DNA from: Octopus sinensis
Lineage: Eukaryota
DNA: 16,750 nucleotides
Reading direction: 5' to 3'
Assembly: GCF_006345805.1 (NCBI RefSeq)
Contig: NW_021825115.1
Location: 1-16,750, forward strand
Shown here piece by piece: positions 1-10,322 of this stretch; within the stretch, counting starts at the first letter, position 1, and the number at the start of each line of letters is the position of its first letter. The notes under the pieces were generated by a model. That model had not been told where the DNA came from and did no database searches. It saw nothing but the letters and a program-made list of their open reading frames with translations. Made by a program: the position numbers and the translations under genes.

Positions 1-63
1 AACTGGCAAACATTGACAAGCGGGGCTGGCTGGCTGGCTGGCATGTTTGCGAGAGACAAAAAG

Positions 64-108
64 CACACACACACACACACACGTACACACACACACACAC
101 ACACACAC
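64..108. repeat. (AC)n microsatellite
   Basis: Direct AC dinucleotide run with one interruption. Confidence 0.95.
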
Positions 109-131
109 GCACAACACACCACGTACAATAA

Positions 132-170
132 TATATAACAGTGAACTTTCTTCTCTCTCTCCTTTTTAAT
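132..170 (+). promoter_or_regulatory. Possible core promoter (TATATAA followed by a pyrimidine tract)
   Basis: TATATAA at 132-138 and a CT-rich tract about 10-30 nt downstream, 1.25 kb upstream of the FoxG ATG. Weak evidence in AT-rich DNA. Confidence 0.15.
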
Positions 171-420
171 TACTTAACTTTATAGTCAACAACAACCAAC
201 ACCACAACGACAACAGGCACAGAGCCACACTCAAACAATAATCAACAGACTCGTGAGTGTTGTCGCTAACTCCCAATCATTTTTGCCTTCACTCACACAC
301 GCAGACATTTCAAGTTTACGTCGCGGATAGCAAAGTGGTTTTTAAACAACCTGCGTCAGTAACTACAACAAGCCGCAAACAAGAAGAACAACAACAAACA
401 AACAAACAGCAAACACAGGG

Positions 421-1325
421 ATATAACCAATTATTACCACCACTACTACTATTACAACGACTACGGCTGCTATTATTTCGAATTACTACTACCATTTAAA
501 GATTCGTCGTTGAGTTTTGTGGTATTTGTTACATATGGATAATTTATATATGAATTAACAAGAAGATATTTAACGGCCTATACCCCTTGGAACAATCGAA
601 TTTGCTGTCAACTACCACGACTGTGAAACACTTCTACGACAAGATTAAGAACTACAACTACTACTACTACTACATATACTGTCCGGTAAGTTAGTAGTAT
701 TACTGCGAATTGGATAATTTAAAAAAAATATATATGTATATATATATAAAAAAACAAATTGAAGAAAAAAAGAAAAACCAACGCCGCAACAGTTAACTAA
801 TTGTTACGGCAACTACAAAATAAGTACTACAATTACTACAACTGTTACTACTACTACCTATACTTTTTTTTTTGCTTTTTTTCTCTGTATTATTAAGCCT
901 GCTGTCATACATATAATAACAGTAATACCACATATGCATACACATATACACATATACACACACATTCTCATGCACACGTACACAAACTATTTTTATTATT
1001 TGAATTGTTACGATTATTGTTGAAATTGTTGTTGTCGTTCTTACTAAAACAGTAACGGCAACTTCTACCACCACTGAAACTACTACTCCTACTATTACTA
1101 CTACTTTACTATTACCGCTACTATTGTTACTACTACTACTACTAAAAATACCACCAATATCCACTGATGTTCTTAGGCACATTCATCCCACAACAGTTCA
1201 TGTTAGCTACCACAAGCAATAAACACTACAACCGATACACTACAAACCAATAACAACAATAACAACTACTACTACTAGTACTACTACAACTACTACTGCT
1301 GCTACAACTACTACTACTACTATTG
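421..1325 (+). repeat. Degenerate (ACT)n/(ACA)n triplet field in the FoxG 5' flank or 5'UTR
   Basis: Repeated ACTACT and ACAACA blocks at about 430-495, 650-672, 818-860, 1050-1143 and 1227-1323, all in the same orientation. Confidence 0.8.
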
Positions 1326-1387
1326 ATTCTGTATTTTTGTGTGTTATTTTTGTTTATTTGTTTTAAATCTCGTTGACTAAACTCTAC

Positions 1388-3386
1388 ATGTTGGACATGG
1401 TAAAAATGGCGGCAGCCGCAACTTCCGTATCAACAGCCGCCATTCCGTTATCGTTAGTCGGGCCACTGCGGCCCGAGAGCAAACACCACAACCACAGCCA
1501 CATCCACAATCACATACACAGTCATAGTCACAACAACAACAACAACAACAGCAGTAGTACCAACAACAACAACAACAATATCAGTCACGCTCACAATCAC
1601 AGTCATAATCATAACCACAGCGCAGCTCCCTCTATGGCACGGCCACTTCGTCACAACACCAACAACATTAAAAGCAACAGCAACAACACTAGCAACAACA
1701 AAAATAGTAATTCCAATACCACTAGCAACAATAACATCAGATCGTTTAGCATCAGTAGTATGTTGGGTGAGAGCATTGCTGAAGGAAATTCACTACCGTC
1801 TTCACAACCGATTATAGTAGCTGCCGCTGCCGCCGCCGCCGCGGGCGTCTCCAACAGGACCACCACGTCTACGCCGCCGCCTCTCCTTTTACCTTCTGCA
1901 AATGGGAGTGCATTAATAACAGCAACTGCAACTGGCATGCCGCCTTTATTGCATCTACCTTCGCAACAACAACAACAACAGCATCATCACCATCAACACC
2001 ACCAACATCAACTTCACCAACAGCAGCAGCAGCAGCATCACGTGCTTCGCCAACCGCCGAACCATCATCATTCACTGCTCCATCACATACAACAACAGCA
2101 GCAACAACAACAACAACACAACAACACCATCGGCGCCGTCACCATCATACGACGACAGCGCCGAGGCCCAACACAAACAACAACAACAACAACGGCAACG
2201 GCACAACTGCATCGCCACCGCCGCCCCCTCTGCTGCCTCTCCCTTCTCCCCCTCATCCTCTCACTGCACCTCGTTACACGCCTTCCTCTTCTCCTTCTTC
2301 CTCTCCCGCTTCTTCTCCTTCTCCTCCTTCGTCGGTGCGTCTTTTAGCATCGCAACAACAACAACAACAGCAACAACACCAACATATTCAAAGCCTTCCG
2401 CATCATCACCATCACCTGAACCACAGCAACAAGATCAACCCGCACCCGCACCCCCACCATCTTCCCCAACTGCATCACCGTCAGCAGCAAATGTCTGTAG
2501 CTCTCAACAACAACAACAACAGCAAACAACATAGCACAAAGCATCATCATCATCGACATCAGCAACAAGACCAACAACAGCTCTACCCGCACCTCGTCCA
2601 CCCGACCAGCGGGGGTAACAAACCGGAGCACAGCGTCAACGGTATTAATCCAATCACTACTACTACTACCACTCCTCACAACACTCCACCCGCCATCATA
2701 GCGGGTATCGCGACGAGTGTGGAGCCGGGTACACCGACCGACAGCTTACCCACGCTGGACGGAGATGACGAGAGGATGATGACAGAGTTTGACGACGACG
2801 ACGATGACAATGGCGGCAATGGCGGCGATGATGTCGATGACGATGACGACGACGATGGTGATGATGATGATGGCGGCGGTGGTGGTGGTGGTGGTGTTGG
2901 TGATAATGGTGGCGGTGATGTCAGCGACGGCGTTAGTCATCATCAGCAACATCTCCATCATCATCATCATCATCAACATCAGCATCAGCATCTTCAGCAC
3001 GGTCATCATCGCCGCCGTCATCGTCGTTATCGCAATGACGACGACGACGAGGAAGACAGAGACAGTCGGGGCGAACGTGACGACGGTGGTGGTGGAGGCG
3101 GTGACGGCGGAGGAGGAGGCGGCGGCGGTGGTGGTGGTGGCGTCGGCGATGGCACTGATCGTCAGCGTCGTCGCCGTCATCATCATCATCATCATCACCA
3201 TCATCCTCCTCCTTCTCATCGTAGTGAGGGCGTTCATCCTGATTCTGTACCCAGTATAAACGATAATGGCGCACACGATGATGCTGATAACGATGATGAT
3301 GATGATGTTAATAATATCGGTGGTGTTAGTGATAGTAATATTGATAATGATGATATTGGTGGCGTTGCTGGTGTTGATAATGTTGT

Positions 3387-3420
<34 letters not shown>

Positions 3421-4323
3421 AACGGTGGTGTTAACGACATCAATATCGATGTTGATGGTGATGATAATGGTGATAATGTTGGTGATGGTGATCGTGATGA
3501 TAATGGCTGTTCTTCAGGTGCTGGCGGCGATGTTGTTGACCGTGGTAGTCGTGTTGTTGCTAATGGTCGCGTTGATGATGATAATGACGATGATGATGAT
3601 GATGATGATGTTGATGTCGAGGTTGATATTAACGTTGATGATGATGATGATAATAATAATAATAATAGTAATAATAGTAATAATTATATGGACGTGTACA
3701 AAAACGCTAACTGTATAGATAATGACGATTGTGATGATGATGATGACGATGATAATGTTGACAATGATGATAATGTGATGATGACGATGTTGGTGATGAT
3801 GATGTCGGCAGTAACGTTGGCGTTCGTGGTATCTGTGATAATGGCGGTGTTGATAATGATGACGACGATGATGATGATAATATGGATGCTGTAACTAATG
3901 ATGATGATGATAATAATGGTGATGGTGATGATGATGTTGATGATGATGACATGCATGTTGATGTGGAGAGTCTGGAGTTCGAAACAGACGTCTCTTGCTT
4001 CGATAGGAATCGGCGTATCGGTTGTTCTATCGATAGTGAAAATAGCAACAACAACAACAACAACAAAAGCTGTAAAGACAGTAACATATCATTTAGCAAC
4101 AACAACAACAAAAACAATACTAAAAACATTTTTACCAGTAAAAACAACAATAGCAAAGACAACAATATGAACATCACTCCCGACTGTCAACCGTTAAGTA
4201 CCCACATATCACCCGTCTCTTACGATATACAGAAACGGACGGCTACGGGCGACGACCATCACGCGAGCAACGGGAAAGCTAGCGCTGGTGGTGGTGGTAG
4301 TGGTAGTGGTGGTGGTGGCGGTA

Positions 4324-4354
<31 letters not shown>

Positions 4355-5684
4355 TGGCGCTCACTTGGCTGAGCAGGACGAGAAAAACAAGGAAAACAAC
4401 AAAAACAACAACAACAGTAACAGTCCGAGTGATACAAAGTCACAAGGTAACAACAACAACAGCAGCAGCAACAACAGTTCTGGCAACAACAACAACAACA
4501 ATAGCAACAACAACAGCAGCAGCAATAGTAGTAGTAACAATAATAATAATAACAATAACAGCAGTAGTAGCAGCAGCAACAGCAACAACAACAATAACAA
4601 CAACAACAACAGCAATAACAACAGCAGCAGCAGCAACAACAGCGGCAACAGCCGGGCGGAGAAACCCCCGTTCAGTTACAATGCCCTCATTATGATGGCT
4701 ATACGCAGCAGCCCCGAAAAAAGACTGACCCTTAACGGGATTTACGAATTTATTATGAAAAATTTCCCTTACTATCGCGAAAACAAACAAGGGTGGCAGA
4801 ATTCAATCCGGCACAATCTCAGCTTGAACAAGTGTTTTGTGAAGGTACCCCGGCATTATGACGACCCTGGTAAAGGTAACTACTGGATGTTGGACCCGTC
4901 TAGTGATGACGTATTCATTGGGGGCACAACAGGAAAACTCAGGCGCCGATCCACAGCGGCATCGCGGAGTCGCTTGGCGGCGTTCAAACGCGCTGGTTTC
5001 CCACGTTTAACGCCACCCGGATATTCACTGCACGCTGACAAAACGAACCCTTTTCTATGGTCGATATCCTCAATGTACCCGCTTGCAGCGGCGGCCAGTA
5101 CGGCCGGTTCAGCGTTTCGATACAACGGCATAGCACCTTATCCTTACCCGACGTTTTTGACCCCGGCAACGGGTGGTCGAACGTCGGCGTTGGCGGCCGC
5201 AGCAGCCGCGGCAGCCTCAGCGGCCGCGGCATCGGCGGCAACGCCAACGTCAGTCAGTGGAGGCGGCAGCGGTGGTGGCGGCGGCACAGGTGGCGTGGGT
5301 AGTGGCGGCAGTGGCAGCGGTGGCACATCGAACTTTTCCGTCGAACGGTTACTGGGTAACGAATCGACGGCACCATCAGCATCATCACTGATCAGTCACC
5401 CCGGATTAACATCGCCCATCCGACCCGAAGTAACGCTCACGAGCCCGTCACCTTACGCCAGTTTAGCCGTGTCACCAACCGCGCTCCTTTTTCCACACCT
5501 TACGCAAGCCCATCCTTGCGCCAATGGACTCGAACTTTATGCGGGTCTCCGCAGTCTACCTGTATCACACGCGTCGGCATTCACCTCAGCAGTGGGGCTT
5601 CATCCAGCTATATCTTCAGGCATTGCATCTTCAGACTCTTCATTCACAGCTGTGCCACCAGTCGGTGCGGCAAGACCCACATGA
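1388..5684 (+). CDS. FoxG: Forkhead box G transcription factor, full-length model (~1432 aa) broken by two apparent 1-nt deletions (~2118, ~3776)
   Basis: Three successive + ORFs (1373-2347, 2335-3894, 3882-5684) each shift by -1. The first ATG at 1388 gives MLDMVKM, like vertebrate FoxG1 MLDM...VKM, and eh1 FSISSML lies at 1745-1765. Restoring A at 2117-2118 and T at 3775-3776 gives one 4299-nt frame (243+1+552+1+635 codons plus TGA at 5682-5684). Exact junctions and a possible intron are unverified. Confidence 0.8.
1484..2580 (+). repeat. Coding trinucleotide repeats: His/Ser/Asn, Ala8 (1820-1843), Gln/His, Pro/Ser tracts
   Basis: In-frame CAC/AAC/CAA/CAT/GCC/CCT-TCT arrays with period 3 throughout. 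Confidence 0.85.
1745..1765 (+). other. N-terminal eh1 Groucho/TLE-binding motif (FSISSML)
   Basis: Fits eh1 FS(I/V)xx(I/L/M)L, corresponds to FSINSLV of vertebrate FoxG1, and is in frame with ATG 1388. Confidence 0.85.
2788..3960 (+). repeat. Coding degenerate (GAT)n array: Asp/Gly/Asn/Val-rich acidic region with His/Arg inserts
   Basis: GAT/GAC/GGT/AAT/GTT codons dominate. Pure (GAT)11 at 3388-3420; CAT-rich blocks at about 2935-3030 and 3160-3206. Confidence 0.85.
3882..5684 (+). CDS. FoxG: Intact 600-aa ORF = C-terminal part of FoxG containing the forkhead domain
   Basis: Contains [98 protein letters not shown]. The [10 protein letters not shown] and [17 protein letters not shown] segments are diagnostic of FoxG. 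The frame is also open upstream to the TAA at 3771-3773. Confidence 0.97.
4044..4652 (+). repeat. Coding poly-Asn, poly-Gly (4287-4358) and Asn/Ser tracts just upstream of the forkhead domain
   Basis: In-frame AAC/AGC/AAT and GGT arrays. Confidence 0.9.
4662..4955 (+). other. FoxG: Forkhead (winged-helix) DNA-binding domain, FoxG class
   Basis: 98 codons from KPPFSY to LRRRST. As recalled, it differs from human FOXG1 at only one position (AIRSSPEK vs AIRQSPEK). Confidence 0.98.
5187..5325 (+). repeat. Coding poly-Ala and Gly/Ser tracts C-terminal to the forkhead domain
   Basis: GCG/GCC/GCA run followed by GGC/GGT/AGC run in the 3882-5684 frame. Confidence 0.85.
5334..5354 (+). other. C-terminal eh1-like motif (FSVERLL)
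   Basis: Fits the eh1 consensus, sits after a Gly/Ser tract, and is comparable to LSVDRLV in the vertebrate FoxG1 C-terminus (recalled). Confidence 0.7.
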
Positions 5685-5729
5685 GATTTCCCATCTCTTG
5701 ATGTCTGACAGTCATACAATGTATAACGT

Positions 5730-8060
<2,331 letters not shown>

Positions 8061-8328
8061 AATACATCTGCACACACACACACAGTCACGAATACGTGTA
8101 CACAAACGCACTAGCGCCTACATACAGACACACGCGCAGGCAGACACGCGTTCCCGCCGCGTGCAAACCCATCAAGACTGTGAGCGTCGTGGGTGAGAAA
8201 CAAAAGAAGTTAAGAAAGAAGGAATAGATAGATGAAGAAGAAGAAAACGAAAACGAAACCGAAGAAGATTTTGTTGCAAAAAATGGAAGTATAAACCACC
8301 AAGAAGAAGAACAACAACGTGAAAGCAT

Positions 8329-8334
8329 AATAAA
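8329..8334 (+). terminator. Candidate FoxG polyadenylation signal AATAAA
   Basis: First AATAAA I find downstream of the stop codon, followed by GT/T-rich sequence. Earlier ATTAAA variants exist (e.g. 6873-6878). Confidence 0.3.
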
Positions 8335-8590
8335 TACAAATTATATACACACATATATATACATGTATGTATATATGTATGTATAGCTGTATGTATATGC
8401 ATATATATATGTATGTATTTTCTTTCTTTCTTTCTTTCTAATTGCTTTTCCTGCCTTACCGTCTAATTAACAAACTTTGTTATTGTTGTTTAAATTATAC
8501 ACGAAACTTTTTGACCAACAGGAAATGAAAATATAACGAAATGGAAATACTTAAAACAAGTTCGTTCTGTTGTTTATTAACTGTTATCAA

Positions 8591-8609
8591 TTATTATTAT
8601 TGTTTATTA

Positions 8610-8673
<64 letters not shown>

Positions 8674-8700
8674 CATTATTATTATTATTGTTGTTGTTAT
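8591..8700. repeat. (TTA)n microsatellite grading into (TTG)n
   Basis: Direct repeat run. Confidence 0.95.
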
Positions 8701-8845
8701 CGTCATCACTAACAAAGATACAACGCCACGAATATTTGTTGGGGCAGAGAGACGTTATTAAAAAAGCAAAACCAGTGATTTTTTGTTTTGTTTTTGGTAC
8801 TTAATTCCGAAAGTACGAAACCCAAGATTTAAGGACAACCTCCGA

Positions 8846-9067
8846 AATCGTTAGCACGTTGAAGAAAATGTTTAGCGTCAATATTTCTAGCTCATTGCAT
8901 TCTGAGTTCAAATACCACCGAGGTCAACTTTGCCTTTCATTGTATCGAAGGTCTATAAATTAAGTACCAGTCGAGCAGTTGGGTCGATGTAATCGTCAAA
9001 GCCCTTCCACATCCACCCACCCCCACAAAAATCAGGCCTTTGTGGTTGTAAGTAGAGAAGGTTTATT
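8846..9067 (+). mobile_element. Octopus tRNA-derived SINE (family A here; OK/OR-type, exact name needs a library search)
   Basis: AATCGTTAGCACG...TGAGTTCAAAT (B-box-like, 8904-8915)...CCGAGGTCAACTTTGCCTTTCAT...AAGTACCAG...GGGTCGATGTAATCG...AGGCCTTTGTG. Matches the recalled abundant octopus SINE and a second copy at 9835-10017. Confidence 0.8.
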
Positions 9068-9138
9068 CCAAACAAAAGCATAAGGCCACGAATTTTGTTC
9101 AGACAGAAAAGGTTAGCAGAATAGGAACTTAATAATTT

Positions 9139-9298
9139 GACTGGTACTTAATTCCGACAAGATGAAACACAAAGTTTTAAGGACCACTTTCGGAGTCTAT
9201 AGCATGAAGTATTAAGCACTGGGGTCGATTTAACAGAAACCCCAACTCCCTAAACAAAAATTGTGGTATTGTATCTGTTAGAAACAACTGATATTATT
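9139..9298. mobile_element. Composite SINE-A fragments: inverted central piece followed by a forward 3' half
   Basis: 9139-9153 is the exact reverse complement of 8958-8972. 9207-9298 (AAGCACTGGGGTCGATTTAAC...GAAAC...ATTATT) resembles the family A 3' half. Confidence 0.65.
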
Positions 9299-9740
9299 TG
9301 GTATTACTTTGTATTATTTAATATCATTTGATGCTATGTTATGTTATTGATGTTATCCTTGTTTTCTTAGTATTGTTTTGATAAGATAAAACTCAGGGGT
9401 CGATATCATTGCGGTGACGTCGAAAGGTAAAAAGCCAAAATTTTAAACAACGCTCCTGAGATCGATAACATAAATCAGTAATTGTCAACCGGGACCCAAA
9501 TGACCCTTAGGGTTGCATTTAAGATTTTATTGAAATTTATGTGGAATTAAATATGTTTATACTTCTGCAATACACTAAATATTTTGAATGAATTTTAACA
9601 CAACTGCTAAAATTAATTTTATAGAAATATAAGATTTTTAAAGCATTGAATGACTACGGGAGTTCATTGTAGTAAAATAAGAACTAAGAATATCCATATG
9701 TAGAAAGGGGTTGAAAAATATTGACAAAAAGTAGCAGGCA

Positions 9741-9813
9741 AAACACAGGAGTTGATTTAACCCCTAATCAACTCTCCCTTCAAATTTTGGCCTTGTGCCT
9801 ATCAGAAACAATT
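9741..9813 (+). mobile_element. SINE-A 3' fragment
   Basis: CAGGAGTTGATTTAAC...CAAATTTTGGCCTTGTGCCTATCAGAAAC resembles the tails of the neighbouring copies. Confidence 0.6.
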
Positions 9814-9834
9814 GGCATTATCCTCAAGATGTTC

Positions 9835-10017
9835 AAGGCGTTGGTCTTGCTGAATTGCCAGAGAAAATATTTAGCGATATTTCTTCCGGTTCTATTCGTT
9901 TTGTGTTAAAATCCCGCCGAGGCCAATTTTGTTTTTAATCCTTTTAGGGGTCAATAAAATGAAGTGACAACCATGAACAGGAGTCGATATAATCAACAGG
10001 CCCCTACCCTCAAAATC
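9835..10017 (+). mobile_element. Diverged near-full-length SINE-A copy
   Basis: AAGGCG...AAAATATTTAGCG...CCGCCGAGGCCAATTTTG...AGGGGTCAATAAAAT...GAGTCGATATAATC, collinear with 8846-9030. Confidence 0.75.
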
Positions 10018-10228
10018 AAAGAAAATCATTGTCATTATGTTTAATTATGTTGCTATTGTCGATGATGTCATTGTGAGGTTTTTTCTTTTCTTCTTCTCTT
10101 TAATATTGTTTTGATGTCAAACAAACAAGGTTCGAATTTAATGTGCACCCAGTCTGGGTCAATATAGGGCTTAATTACTGTATGGAATATGGGTTCACAC
10201 GAAATGGGATACGTTGTAGAAGGGATAC

Positions 10229-10235
10229 GTGTGTG

Positions 10236-10320
<85 letters not shown>
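10229..10320. repeat. (GT)n microsatellite
   Basis: About 90-nt GT run with two interruptions. Confidence 0.97.

Positions 10321-10322
<2 letters not shown>

Noticed and set aside
257-499. 80-aa upstream ORF with Q/T/L runs
   Set aside because: Starts at GTG, is low-complexity and has no recognisable domain.
2102-3780. Programmed -1 ribosomal frameshifting at the two breaks
   Set aside because: Both shifts are -1, but neither inferred junction has an X XXY YYZ slippery heptamer, and two successive recoding events would give very little protein.
3601-3975. DDVDVE / HVDVES as WDR5-binding (EEIDVV-like) motifs
   Set aside because: Imperfect matches that are expected by chance in a D/V-rich degenerate GAT array.
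4361-4648. Minus-strand poly-Leu ORF and the other Val/Ile/Met/Thr-rich ORFs overlapping FoxG
   Set aside because: They are antisense or off-frame readings of the AAC/AGC/GAT/GGT coding repeats, with no independent coding signal.
1388-5684. FoxG as a pseudogene
   Set aside because: The forkhead domain and short motifs are intact and the repaired frame has no nonsense codons. Two single-base losses in repeats are better explained as sequencing indels.
8229-8345. Glu-rich reading DEEEENENETEEDFVAKNGSINHQEEEQQRES as an extra exon
   Set aside because: No ATG or convincing splice acceptor, an in-frame stop just upstream, and no homology recognised.
8796-10017. CRISPR-like repeat-spacer array
   Set aside because: Eukaryotic DNA; the repeats are unevenly spaced, diverged SINE fragments with no cas genes.
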